From IMG/VR virus record IMGVR_UViG_3300017605_000906, positions 5,397-69,396 of that record: a DNA stretch of 64,000 nt; one strand, 5' to 3'. Positions within the stretch are counted from its first letter, which is position 1; each line of letters opens with the position of its first letter. Under the pieces are notes generated by a model, which saw only the letters and a list, made by a program, of their open reading frames with translations, searched no databases and had not been told where the DNA came from. This document shows, piece after piece, positions 38,003 through 47,750 of this stretch. The position numbers and the translations under genes were made by a program. This stretch comes from a virus.

Positions 38003-39459
38003 GTAGTTATCCTTTCAAGAACCAATAGGCCGTTGTTGTTGTCTGCTTTGTAAATCTGTCTCCACGTTTCTTTATGTGCCTTCATGAATGGCTCAATGGC
38101 ATAGCGCAGTCCACCGCCACGTTCGTGCCCTTGTCCCTTTTCCCAGAACGTAGTGGTGTCATGGAATGCAATGTAGCGTCGCGCTTGTGGTGCATGCAAG
38201 CGCAACTCTTCCGCGCAAGTTTCCACATTGTGGTTGGTGTCGATGAACAGAAGGTCGGTAGGTTCGATGCTCTGTGGATTCACGAGCCGAATTTCAAAGT
38301 CCAGTCCCGCACTCACGGCAATCATCTTGAGGTAGTCGAGCTTGGCGTTGTGTTGCACATCATATGTGATAAGTTTGCCCGGTCGGGCCATCATGAATGC
38401 AATCGTCGAGTTTCCATAGCGAGTGCCCAGCTCAGTCACGTGATGGCACTTGGAAGCGAGGTCCCTCAAGTAGGGAAGGTGCTCGTGGATGTCACTGGGC
38501 CCGCGTTCCACCAATGAGTATTCGTAATCCAAACCAATCGGGTCCCGTCGAAAGAGGTAGTTCAGATAATCCCATTTATCCCCACCATCATTGAAGCAAT
38601 TGGACCGATAGATGCGCACGTTGTAGCACGCTTGCTTCAAACGATGCAAGAGTAAGGAGAATTGGCACTCAGTGCTGAAACGATAGTCATTGCCATTGTA
38701 GATGGTCACGGCGGGGTCCTCGATGATGCCCATTTGCTCCAATGCAGGGAAGACTTTATCAGCGACGCTGCGCAAACCCCAGAAGCAAAACTCATCTGAC
38801 CATTCCATCGGGTCTCGTCGAAAGGAACCGCAAACGTAGAAATAGGGTTGGTCCTGTCCCAGGTAGTAATGAGAAATGTCCAGAGGGAACGGCGCCATGA
38901 AGTCCAACCGCGCTCGCACCACGTAGTCATAGCGCACGCCCGTCGCTGCCTCGTGCGCCTGCATCAGCTCAAAGCATTTCGCCACGTGGTGGTATTGGTC
39001 CACCACGCATCTGATATTGCCATTCGCTGCGTCCGTGATTTCCTCCTTACCCGGTCGAAAGGAAGGTGGATTGCCGATGCGTATTGCACGCTGGCGATGA
39101 TGGTTCACCACGTCCAGCATACGTTGACGTGCCCGCTCCAGTTTCTTCTGGTAGCGTTCATCATCCTCCACGAACGCCAGCACCTTGAGTCGCTCGCCGA
39201 ACACCTCACGCATGTATGCGATGTCTGCATCATTGAGCGGCGTGTAGTCTCGTTCCATCGTTTCGGACTTGAGCGCCCATGCCTCCGGGTCCGACGAAAG
39301 CACCACCTCGTCTGTATGAGGAGCCCGGCGTCTCCGGTTGTAGCGTTGGGTGAATATGAACACGTCTGCATCATTAGGCAGCACAAGATTCTGCATCAGA
39401 GATGGGATGCTGAATCGAAAGTTGTAGGAGGTCCCTGAGAACAAGATTGCCGTTTTCAT
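37999..39459 (-). CDS. glycosyltransferase-like / methyltransferase fusion
   Basis: N-terminal AILFSG, YDYVVRARLD (GT-like); C-terminal SDIHEHL, ELGTRYGNST, DLLFIDT.H, IAFHDT, NNNGL. Confidence 0.75.
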   Translation of the reverse strand: MKTAILFSGTSYNFRFSIPSLMQNLVLPNDADVFIFTQRYNRRRRAPHTDEVVLSSDPEAWALKSETMERDYTPLNDADIAYMREVFGERLKVLAFVEDDERYQKKLERARQRMLDVVNHHRQRAIRIGNPPSFRPGKEEITDAANGNIRCVVDQYHHVAKCFELMQAHEAATGVRYDYVVRARLDFMAPFPLDISHYYLGQDQPYFYVCGSFRRDPMEWSDEFCFWGLRSVADKVFPALEQMGIIEDPAVTIYNGNDYRFSTECQFSLLLHRLKQACYNVRIYRSNCFNDGGDKWDYLNYLFRRDPIGLDYEYSLVERGPSDIHEHLPYLRDLASKCHHVTELGTRYGNSTIAFMMARPGKLITYDVQHNAKLDYLKMIAVSAGLDFEIRLVNPQSIEPTDLLFIDTNHNVETCAEELRLHAPQARRYIAFHDTTTFWEKGQGHERGGGLRYAIEPFMKAHKETWRQIYKADNNNGLLVLERITT

Positions 39460-40229
39460 CTTTTCGCCGCTTCGTGCCAGTTGAATGTTTTAGGGTCGAA
39501 ATCTTCCATGCGTTCCTGGAACCAATATGGTCCCAGCTTCTTGAAGTTGCTGAACGTCGTCTGGCCTTTGCCAATGTCGCTCTCGTTGTCATACTGGATG
39601 ACACAACCGGGAACAAACGCGAACGTCTGGAGCTGCGGTTGCATCTGGATGAACGCCCAGTCAATGCCCATGCTCACGGGAAGTAAATTCTCCAGCCCTT
39701 TCAGAATCATCGGGAGACTCTCAGCGTTGACGATGTATGCGTGCGTCGAGAAAGCGCCGTAGGTGCGCATCATGCGCGGATGGTCCGTGCACTCGCAATC
39801 GCGACGCAACGGCGGGCCTTTATGCCACCAAGGGGGATTGACGTGGAACGTCCCACCCAACCAGATGACATCCCAAGGGCGTCGCGAGCAGAAGTCACTG
39901 ACGATGCGCATCCGCTCGTGGAAGTCCGCGCAGAACACCAGGTCATCTTCCATCACGAAGGCGTGGCTCCTTAATTGCATGGCCGTCTCCATGATTTTTA
40001 TCTGAGAAAACCAACACCCGATGGCGCCCTTCTGAGGACGCGAGAGCATGCATGCGATGCGACTCGGGGGCCCTTTATATTCCGACGGGAGCATTCCGCG
40101 CACGCGCTCGGCGACAATCTCCAATCGGGACAATGTGTTCTCCATGTGCACACGACGGTCGGTGCGATGGTCCAGATTTACATATGCTGTATGGCAGCCT
40201 TCTAGTATCATGGGTTGTTCGTTTCTCAT
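39456..40229 (-). CDS. GT25-family glycosyltransferase
   Basis: YVNLDHRTDRR, GAIGCWFSQ, VMEDD, STHAYIV, IDW. Confidence 0.87.
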   Translation of the reverse strand: MRNEQPMILEGCHTAYVNLDHRTDRRVHMENTLSRLEIVAERVRGMLPSEYKGPPSRIACMLSRPQKGAIGCWFSQIKIMETAMQLRSHAFVMEDDLVFCADFHERMRIVSDFCSRRPWDVIWLGGTFHVNPPWWHKGPPLRRDCECTDHPRMMRTYGAFSTHAYIVNAESLPMILKGLENLLPVSMGIDWAFIQMQPQLQTFAFVPGCVIQYDNESDIGKGQTTFSNFKKLGPYWFQERMEDFDPKTFNWHEAAKR

Positions 40230-40477
40230 TATTCGATTTGTTGTCCTAAAAATTCAGCCTCAGGGGGCATGGGTATCTTCACATCACTGGCGCTGTTGTG
40301 CGTGCAGTGAGGACTGCGCCGACGATGCTCATCCTGAATACAGTAGGGGACCACTTCCTTCATCCAGTGAATCACATCATCATCGGGAGTCTCCCGCGCT
40401 GGAACTTGGACGGAAGCGTCCTTGAGTCCACACGCACGGCAAGAAAAGAGGACTGTTATCATAGCTTTGTGCACCAC
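40229..40477 (-). CDS. small Cys/His protein
   Basis: CRACG...HRRRSPHC; tiled. Confidence 0.5.
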   Translation of the reverse strand: MVHKAMITVLFSCRACGLKDASVQVPARETPDDDVIHWMKEVVPYCIQDEHRRRSPHCTHNSASDVKIPMPPEAEFLGQQIE

Positions 40478-41211
40478 GCGGGAACAATATCAGAGCAGTC
40501 GAGCCCTCCATTCCATTCGGGCGTCAACCAGTGCTGAGGAAATATCGCACGCTTGTGAAGATTGCGATTCAACCACATACCCCACCATGAGAATGTGCTC
40601 GCGCTACAAATCTGATGTTCGCACCAGCTTATTTCCTGCAAGTCTCGGAGCTCAGTCTTACCTACCGAGAACAGACAGTCCTTACGGTGCTCAAAGTTGT
40701 TGATACACCACATGATGTCGTCAGAAAAGAATTCAAACTCATAGCCGGGGAATAATGCCATGGCTTGCTCCATCCACTCCTTGGTTACCGGCGGATGCTT
40801 GAACATCCCTCCTTTCTGGATGGTGAGATAGTCGCCGCGACGCACATGCACCGCGACTCGTCCCGAGATATGCTTCCACTCCAGACCAAACGCATCCAGA
40901 ATCCTGGGGCGATACTCCACAAAGAACTTCTCACTTTGCCAATAGCCATCGAGAATGATATTGGTGTTGCGCCACACTTCACGCCACGGCAATTCGTAGT
41001 GTCCGAATCGAGTCGCCTTTATCAGGGTCTGCTGCAGCTTTCGGTCCCATTTCGGATTGACCAGGTGTTGCAGATAAATGGGATTCCATTTATGGTCATT
41101 GGTGGTATCGGGCACCGTGAATTCCAAATCGTGCTTCCATGCATATGAGGCCGCGCACGCTACTTGGAACAAATAATTCCCCAAACGGCCGTAGGTTTTT
41201 GGTTTTACCAT
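40459..41211 (-). CDS. GT11 alpha-1,2-fucosyltransferase-like
   Basis: GRLGNYLFQ, GYWQSEKFF, VHVRRGDY, FSDD, STFSWWG. Confidence 0.92.
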   Translation of the reverse strand: MVKPKTYGRLGNYLFQVACAASYAWKHDLEFTVPDTTNDHKWNPIYLQHLVNPKWDRKLQQTLIKATRFGHYELPWREVWRNTNIILDGYWQSEKFFVEYRPRILDAFGLEWKHISGRVAVHVRRGDYLTIQKGGMFKHPPVTKEWMEQAMALFPGYEFEFFSDDIMWCINNFEHRKDCLFSVGKTELRDLQEISWCEHQICSASTFSWWGMWLNRNLHKRAIFPQHWLTPEWNGGLDCSDIVPAWCTKL

Positions 41212-41220
41212 AGTGATGTA

Positions 41221-42015
41221 TTATCTCAAAGCAATCAACATCGCCTCCACCTGCTGATGAAACGTGCCCGTCAGCTGGCGATTCAACTTGTAATGCGAAT
41301 CGGCATGGACACGATGGAAATAGCGCAAGCCCTTGACAATCGTGAGACGCTTTCCCGATTTGAGCCAATTGAAATTCTGATAGATGCTGTCCGCTGTATG
41401 AGGATTTACCGAGCCATCCCAAACAGAAAGATACTGGTCCCGATGAACGAAAAAGTTGCACGTGTTCAGCGCGGTTCTGAATGACCCGTATTCATCGGGT
41501 AGGTGAGTCTGGCGCATTCCCCGATGGCGGAAGTTATTTGGATTTCGCGCACTACGCACCATGCGCGTGGTCTCCTTACCCATGAAGAGTGACACGTTGG
41601 TGCGGTCTATCATGATGCCTCCAAATTTCGTGTAGTTGAAATGAGGCTCCGCAAAGTCGGGACAATAAACTGTATCGAGATTCCATTCAGGCAGCGCATA
41701 AAGCGCATCGAGATAATCCACCCCGAGCACATTGTCCGAGTCGAACAGAATGGTCCATCCATTCGTCGTGTGTTCCATCGCCTTGGCCTTATTGCGATAG
41801 CAGTCCAGGTTCTGCTCGTTACGGAACATCTTCACCTTGGGATGAAGCCCGTAGTATTCCTGAATCTCATCCCACGAACCATCAGTGGATGCATCATCTG
41901 AAATAACAATCTCCGCCACTCGCGGGTCGTTGAGCACGGGAGCAATGCACTCGCGAAGATAGGGGAACCGATTCCAGTGGGTTATCGCGATGCTGATTTG
42001 GTGAGCTGCGTCCAT
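41221..42015 (-). CDS. GT2-family glycosyltransferase
   Basis: SIAITHWNR, EIVISDDASTDGS, LFDSDN. Confidence 0.87.
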   Translation of the reverse strand: MDAAHQISIAITHWNRFPYLRECIAPVLNDPRVAEIVISDDASTDGSWDEIQEYYGLHPKVKMFRNEQNLDCYRNKAKAMEHTTNGWTILFDSDNVLGVDYLDALYALPEWNLDTVYCPDFAEPHFNYTKFGGIMIDRTNVSLFMGKETTRMVRSARNPNNFRHRGMRQTHLPDEYGSFRTALNTCNFFVHRDQYLSVWDGSVNPHTADSIYQNFNWLKSGKRLTIVKGLRYFHRVHADSHYKLNRQLTGTFHQQVEAMLIALR

Positions 42016-42018
42016 AGT

Positions 42019-43071
42019 TCAACGTTTCTTTTTCCGGGATGATTTCTTTTCCTCTTTCGCGGGCGGGATGTAAGGCACCCAGGCGCAGCGGCAGTTGGGA
42101 TGCAGCGGAATGAGTCCGCGCGCATCGTCGACACTGAATACCTTTCCCTCATTAGCCTCGCACTCGGGACATACACGGTCATCTTGCGCCGTGGACCACT
42201 CTGCCTGCACACCCAACTCATCGACGCCTAGTTCCTCAAACGAGTCGAGCTGTCCTTCAGAATGTGCGTTGATGATTTCTGTGCGAGCGATGGTGAGGGC
42301 GCGACTCTCGGAGAGTTTCTTGATTTCCTTGGTCATCTGCCGCGCAATCTTTTCGGGGCCACTTCCATCGATGAGCCCTTGCGAGAGAATGCGATTCATG
42401 CGCTGTGCCATCTGCGCGTTGACGCCTTTCAGGTCCTCCAGCGTGCGCGTCGAGAGCAACTTAACCTTGCTCACTGTTTCAGGGGCGTTGAATGCTTGTC
42501 GGAGAAATTGTTCTTGCGACAAGTCGCCCACCCCCGCTTGCTCGAACAACTGACCCTCTTTCGACGCGAGGTATGCGTTGAGCTGACCTTTCTTGTAGGA
42601 AGATTCCACAAAATCGGCAGTCCACGGCTTGTCTGAACGTCCCCCGGGGCCGACACTGATGATGTTCGCGTCGAGTTGTTGCTTGAACCAATCGTTGAAC
42701 GCCTCCAACTTGCCCGCATCGGTGCGAAATTGGAATTCACGTTCCGCTGCGAGCGTCAACAACGTGGTGTGTTCACTTAGAGCGAGCGCATCCTTGCCGA
42801 CTATGAAGTCCCTGAGACTGGCCGCAAGCTTTCGATACCTCAGACGCAGCTCGGAAGTGAACCGCCTACGAATCATCGCAGTGCGTGTGGGGTCGAATCG
42901 CAGCGGATTCGTCCGCTTTCGAGCGTTCGCTAGGACGTTATGGACGGGCGTTCCGTCGTCTTTCCCGTCGGTATGGACCAAACATCGTCCATATCGAAGG
43001 CGGGACGTTGCGCACACGCTGTTATGAGCTGCGTTATGAGCGCGAATCGACGCTTTGACTTTGTAGCGCAT
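42019..43071 (-). CDS. minor head protein (Mu gpF / SPP1 gp7-like)
   Basis: RALTIARTE, WSTAQDDRVCPEC, IPLHPNCRC. Confidence 0.9.
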   Translation of the reverse strand: MRYKVKASIRAHNAAHNSVCATSRLRYGRCLVHTDGKDDGTPVHNVLANARKRTNPLRFDPTRTAMIRRRFTSELRLRYRKLAASLRDFIVGKDALALSEHTTLLTLAAEREFQFRTDAGKLEAFNDWFKQQLDANIISVGPGGRSDKPWTADFVESSYKKGQLNAYLASKEGQLFEQAGVGDLSQEQFLRQAFNAPETVSKVKLLSTRTLEDLKGVNAQMAQRMNRILSQGLIDGSGPEKIARQMTKEIKKLSESRALTIARTEIINAHSEGQLDSFEELGVDELGVQAEWSTAQDDRVCPECEANEGKVFSVDDARGLIPLHPNCRCAWVPYIPPAKEEKKSSRKKKR

Positions 43072-43085
43072 AGGTGAACATCCTC

Positions 43086-44600
43086 CTATCGCTTCGCAGT
43101 TGGCTTCGCAGTTGGCTTGGGCTTCGCAGTTGGTGGCTCGTCGAGCTCATCCACATCAGCGTTCGGGTCCACTATCGGGTTGCCATTCGCGTCCACTACC
43201 TCCGGGTCACTTCCATCGGGGTTCAACCCTTCGTCTTCATTCTCCTTGGCTTGCTTCTCAGCCTCCTCGATGATGGCTTCCGCCTCGTCGTCTCCCATCC
43301 CCAGTATGCGTGTGAAATAATGGAACGGAGGCATGACCTGGTCCGCTCCCGATTGCACATACTTGGCCAACGCGTTGGTCCGTTTCTCTGCGATGGACGC
43401 CTTGTCCGTATCCGATGTGGTGTTCAGGTCAGGCCAATTGACAATGAGCTCCTTGGGCTCGGGGAGAATCCCGAATTCAATCAGACGGTCGAGCAAGGGA
43501 CGTATGATGTAGGGTGTAATGTATTCCTTGCGTCTGCGATTGAGCCTCTTATGCCACGCGAGCGTGTCTTGTTCGCTCGCCAACTGCGCAGCTTCACTAC
43601 CGACCAAGACGCGCCAGGGAATTCCCATCGCAGTGGCGATGAGTTGCAATTGCAACTTCACATGCGGCGCAGGGTCTGCGATTTGAGGCGACAAAGTCTT
43701 GGCTTGCATACCGACCATGGCGATGTAGCGTTGAAGCCCGTTCATATACGCCTCCAGTTGTTCCTTGGTCGCCTCTGCGTCGAACGTGACGCGGTCTTCA
43801 AGTCCCGGCGCCGCCTCGATGGATAATCCCGGGAAGCCTCCTTTCCAAAACATCTCGCCGCTACCTCCCGCTATCTTGCGCACGTCGAGAATTCGATTCA
43901 ATACCTTTTCGAGTCGCGGCGTGCCGAACACCTCCGAGTTGGTGCGATTATCCGCCAGGTGGACGATACGAGACCAGTGCACACTCTGCGCTGTGGTCGT
44001 GGATTTGGTTTGCGAGTCACTTATGGAGAGGATGTCCGTATCGGAGAATTGAATCTGGTATTCTTTCGGTTTGCCATAGCGAGGATTTTTCACATCCGAT
44101 TCGAGAGACTTCACTGTGGCCAAACCCTCATCGAACGGTCGGATGTAAATCAACTTGTGTTCCCCGGGAGCCACTGCCTCGTTCAAGGGAAGCCCGTCAT
44201 CCAACCCTAATAGAATCACTCCGAATCTTCCGATGCCGCTCAATACGTCTGCACGCAGCATCAACCCCGCCAATCCAAATTGCTCGTCCAGTTCCTGCCA
44301 CGCTGTCTCGAATGCGGTTTCTGTCTCGTCTTCCGTTTCCAGAATCTCGGGACGCTCGGACCACGACTCGTCGGGCAGCAACGAGACGATGCGATGAGCG
44401 ATGTCTCCCCGTGTGAACAAATTCTTGTAATCGGTGATGAGCACAATCTGTGGATGTCCGCACTCAGCATCGATGTCGCGCCGTGGGTCCATCAAACGTT
44501 GGAGCCACGCCAGACGGGAGGTGATGGTGTTGCGAACGAAGGAGTTGAAGGCGTTGAATGCCTGCATCGAACGGGTGTTTGCGGCCTGGTTATCATTCAT
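43086..44600 (-). CDS. portal protein (DUF1073-like)
   Basis: PRYGKPKEY, VHWSRIVH, GIPWRVLVG; position between terminase and minor head. Confidence 0.87.
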   Translation of the reverse strand: MNDNQAANTRSMQAFNAFNSFVRNTITSRLAWLQRLMDPRRDIDAECGHPQIVLITDYKNLFTRGDIAHRIVSLLPDESWSERPEILETEDETETAFETAWQELDEQFGLAGLMLRADVLSGIGRFGVILLGLDDGLPLNEAVAPGEHKLIYIRPFDEGLATVKSLESDVKNPRYGKPKEYQIQFSDTDILSISDSQTKSTTTAQSVHWSRIVHLADNRTNSEVFGTPRLEKVLNRILDVRKIAGGSGEMFWKGGFPGLSIEAAPGLEDRVTFDAEATKEQLEAYMNGLQRYIAMVGMQAKTLSPQIADPAPHVKLQLQLIATAMGIPWRVLVGSEAAQLASEQDTLAWHKRLNRRRKEYITPYIIRPLLDRLIEFGILPEPKELIVNWPDLNTTSDTDKASIAEKRTNALAKYVQSGADQVMPPFHYFTRILGMGDDEAEAIIEEAEKQAKENEDEGLNPDGSDPEVVDANGNPIVDPNADVDELDEPPTAKPKPTAKPTAKR

Positions 44601-44779
44601 GCTCGCATCTTATCCATCGACGTGAACAAATGACGAGCAAAAAAGCAGAGCCAATAAAAAGGACCCGTGACGTGGGTCGGACGGCACCCGATGAGCCCTT
44701 TTTGTATCACCTGAGCCATGACACTCAGATGATAAGTAGCACAGCTGTTGTGCGTCAGCTGTGCTTGCGGGCGAAATGT

Positions 44780-45118
44780 TTACCCATTGTAACCTTTGAG
44801 ATGCGAGCGATACTTTTTGCCCAGCGTCCAATACAACGCCTCCAGCTTCGACACCACTGCGAGTTGAGCCATGGCGCGGGGAGCATTCACTTGTATCGTC
44901 GAGTAGGTGCCTTCAATCAAGTCGCGGTTCTCTTTCTCGATGCGCCCAATCTCCTGCTCGACTGCTTCTTGCGAGACCAGCTTGCGCCGCATGCGCGTGA
45001 ACGCAATGAGTCGCGGATTCTTTTCGAGATGCTTCTTGTCCTCGCAGCATCCGTTCACATCGTAGGGCAGTTCACCGCCCTTGAGTAGGTTCGTTGTTTT
45101 CTTATGCGTCTTGCTCAT
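44780..45118 (-). CDS. hypothetical protein
   Basis: Tiled ORF. Confidence 0.6.
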   Translation of the reverse strand: MSKTHKKTTNLLKGGELPYDVNGCCEDKKHLEKNPRLIAFTRMRRKLVSQEAVEQEIGRIEKENRDLIEGTYSTIQVNAPRAMAQLAVVSKLEALYWTLGKKYRSHLKGYNG

Positions 45119-45579
45119 ACCATTTTATTGCCTTCATACTGCGCGTAGTATTGCATGCACGCGGCCTCTGTCGCCGGTGTGAGTTTTCCTTGAAAGAACA
45201 TTTCGCAAAGCTGCTCGAAACTGAAATAGTCCAGCTGAACGAATTCTCGCTCAGCCATCACCATCTCGCTCGTGCAGCGATTCGTGCAGAGGTAGAACAG
45301 CACGATGGAGTGTTTGTCCTCACCATCGGGAATGCGCTCCTCGACCGTGACCAGTTCGTGGACCCAGATATCCAGATTGGTCTCCTCTTTGAATTCGCGC
45401 ACGAGTCCCACCTTAATCGGCTCACGATAGGCGAGTTTGCCCCCGGGTGTGCACCATAAATTCGGCAAGCTGCAGCTCGGGTGGCGCAGGCCGAGCAATA
45501 CTTTGCTGTCCTTGAGGATAAAACCACTCACGCCGATGTTGGTCTTACCGTATATGTGTTTCACGTCGTCGCTGGTCAT
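45115..45579 (-). CDS. NUDIX hydrolase
   Basis: PGGKLAYREP....VREFKEETNL Nudix box. Confidence 0.87.
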   Translation of the reverse strand: MTSDDVKHIYGKTNIGVSGFILKDSKVLLGLRHPSCSLPNLWCTPGGKLAYREPIKVGLVREFKEETNLDIWVHELVTVEERIPDGEDKHSIVLFYLCTNRCTSEMVMAEREFVQLDYFSFEQLCEMFFQGKLTPATEAACMQYYAQYEGNKMV

Positions 45580-45582
45580 ACG

Positions 45583-45804
45583 TCATTTCTTTTTTACTGC
45601 GATAGCAATTCCACTCATGTCAATCACCGTGCGTCCATCGACTTGTTGAAAGGCGTGCTCGTATTGCGCCTCCAACAGACATCGCTGGATGTAATCGAAG
45701 GCACCTTTCGGCACTTCGAGAATCACAAACGTGTGCGTCTGGCGCAGCGTCGCGGGCGAACGTCCATGTGGTGTTAGCAAAGCTGGATTCTCGGGTCCTA
45801 TCAT
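45583..45804 (-). CDS. hypothetical protein
   Basis: Tiled ORF. Confidence 0.5.
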   Translation of the reverse strand: MIGPENPALLTPHGRSPATLRQTHTFVILEVPKGAFDYIQRCLLEAQYEHAFQQVDGRTVIDMSGIAIAVKKK

Positions 45805-46148
45805 ACGTCAGTTGCTTTTCTGCGCACGATGAACTCGTGCGAGTGATTCCTATCAATCGTGTAGGAGACTATCTCGGCCTTCAGTTTCTTGCATTCGTCG
45901 ATGCACCTCTGGACCGTGTGTGTGCCCGGGAAGTAAAGATGCTCAGTCATCGTGGGTGTATATTGATGCTCGATACCACCGATGCGTAAGGGAAACTGCA
46001 GTTCATGAGCCGTGAACATACCGCCTTCAATCAGTTTGGGCAGCGCCTGCTCCAAGCTACATCGCAACGCCGCGTGGTCGGGATACTCCAGGATGAAATT
46101 TCCATTGGCGCCTTCGCTGACTACCTTTATCAAGATTTTGGGTTTCAT
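45801..46148 (-). CDS. hypothetical protein
   Basis: Tiled ORF, ATGA overlap. Confidence 0.55.
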   Translation of the reverse strand: MKPKILIKVVSEGANGNFILEYPDHAALRCSLEQALPKLIEGGMFTAHELQFPLRIGGIEHQYTPTMTEHLYFPGTHTVQRCIDECKKLKAEIVSYTIDRNHSHEFIVRRKATDV

Positions 46149-46807
46149 TGTGCGATTCTTACACGGTAGAAACTGTTCGGCGTGGAGTTGGGGATTAATG
46201 CAGTGATGAGCTCGGCGTTCGTGCGATAGTAATCACGCCCGGGAATATCATACCAGACACCCAGATTGGTCGAGGTCTGAATGTAGTTGGTCTTGAACGG
46301 CACGCACTGCCAACTCAGTTGCCACATGAATATGGAGATGGCGAGCGTCACGGGAGTATTCGTTGCCGTGGTGTAGCTCGTCTCATTGGAGAATACACTT
46401 TCATCCCCATTCACACCATACGCTGTAGCGGCAAAATAATACTTCACTCCACCGTTCAATCCCGTGAGCGTCGCCACGTCAGTGTAGCCCACTGTTGCCG
46501 AGTTGGTGTAAGTTCCTGACGCAACTCCATAATACAAACGGTAACCTACCGCATTCGTATCGGGGCTATGGTTCCACGCTAGGGTTACCGACGCGAGCGA
46601 CGAGAGCGACGCCGTGCGAGCGAGCGACGCTGCCGGCATAGGAGCCATAACCTGCACCAGACGTTCTGATACAGCTGCAGCTGCGACGGGACGCACGGTC
46701 GCCGGCTGGAAAAATGCAGAGGACGCCTCATGCTCAGCTATGGATTTCTGTTCAGGGGCTTGGCACCCCACTAATGCAATAATGCTCAACCACCAGATTC
46801 GTTTCAT
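46145..46807 (-). CDS. lipoprotein with fibronectin type III domain
   Basis: Lipobox LVGC; VTLAWN...GYRLYYG...YYFAATAY...ES.FSNE; C-terminal IQTSTNL..W...FYRV. Confidence 0.8.
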   Translation of the reverse strand: MKRIWWLSIIALVGCQAPEQKSIAEHEASSAFFQPATVRPVAAAAVSERLVQVMAPMPAASLARTASLSSLASVTLAWNHSPDTNAVGYRLYYGVASGTYTNSATVGYTDVATLTGLNGGVKYYFAATAYGVNGDESVFSNETSYTTATNTPVTLAISIFMWQLSWQCVPFKTNYIQTSTNLGVWYDIPGRDYYRTNAELITALIPNSTPNSFYRVRIAQ

Positions 46808-46989
46808 AGTTTTATTTTATTATCTGCTTGCCTCGGCGCCGTCGCAGAGGCTTTGGGGGTAATAGCCCGTGCATACAACTATGCGACTAAGGCGATTGCC
46901 AGACCGATGAGTGGCTCCACCGAACACGACGTCCTTCCACTCCGGCCACGTCACTAGCACCAAGACAAGACAGAAAATTCTCACGCTGC

Positions 46990-47283
46990 TTACCTCTTTG
47001 GAATGACACGACGACGCTTGGTGGTGGCGGGTGCTGCTAATAACTTCTCGCCTCGATACTGGCCGAGTTGCGGTATATTAGGCTCGACTCCCACCAAGGC
47101 GCACGCAGCAAGCCTGACCTTGATATTGTTCATCATCTTGCCCGCTGCATTAGTGACACACTCCGTCAATTTAAGCTGGTGGAGGGTTTTAATTTCCTCC
47201 AACGTGGAGAGAGACCTTGCCTGGATATTCCAGAGGTCGTCCATGTTCCTTGCGTCTTGTGGAGATTTGGATTTCGTTTGCAT
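46990..47283 (-). CDS. hypothetical protein
   Basis: 97 aa ORF. Confidence 0.5.
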   Translation of the reverse strand: MQTKSKSPQDARNMDDLWNIQARSLSTLEEIKTLHQLKLTECVTNAAGKMMNNIKVRLAACALVGVEPNIPQLGQYRGEKLLAAPATTKRRRVIPKR

Positions 47284-47738
47284 ATTAACCTTTTTGTTTC
47301 TAGTATTTTACCGTGCATTTTCACCAAGCCTTTTAATTGCTCGCTTGGTAAATTCTTTGTCATAAATGCCTGTCGCACTAACTTGCGCACATAATGGGGT
47401 TTAAGATTATCAACGGCACGACGCGTGCTTTTTCTTTCGCTGACACGCACCCTTTCTCTATTGGCTTGTTTCCATAGCTTCACCCGAGCAACAACCCATC
47501 GCTTGTTTTCTTGATACCACTTTCGACTATCGGCACATGCTTTGTCTCTGTGCCCATAATACCATTTCTTTTTATGAGCACGCACCCTTTCTCTATTGGC
47601 TTGTTTCCATCGCCTGCGACAAATGAGCATCTTTTCTCTATTTTTTTGAGACCATTTCCTTTTTTGAGCACGCAGTTTTTCTTTATTCGCTGCACGCCAT
47701 GCACGTTTCTTTTCAAGTCTCTCGCTTCTCTCGCTCAT
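47166..47738 (-). CDS. basic W-repeat protein (resembles HNH-associated N-terminal repeats)
   Basis: Repeated WKQANRERVR; AT-rich; 32-bp perfect DNA repeat at 47444-47475 and 47579-47610. Confidence 0.55.
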   Translation of the reverse strand: MSERSERLEKKRAWRAANKEKLRAQKRKWSQKNREKMLICRRRWKQANRERVRAHKKKWYYGHRDKACADSRKWYQENKRWVVARVKLWKQANRERVRVSERKSTRRAVDNLKPHYVRKLVRQAFMTKNLPSEQLKGLVKMHGKILETKRLICKRNPNLHKTQGTWTTSGISRQGLSPRWRKLKPSTSLN

Positions 47739-47750
47739 ACTGTTAATTGT

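Noticed and set aside
43086-44600. Anti-CBASS Acb1 (a label sometimes given to DUF1073 proteins)
   Set aside because: No paired HxT phosphodiesterase motifs noticed; size and position fit a portal.
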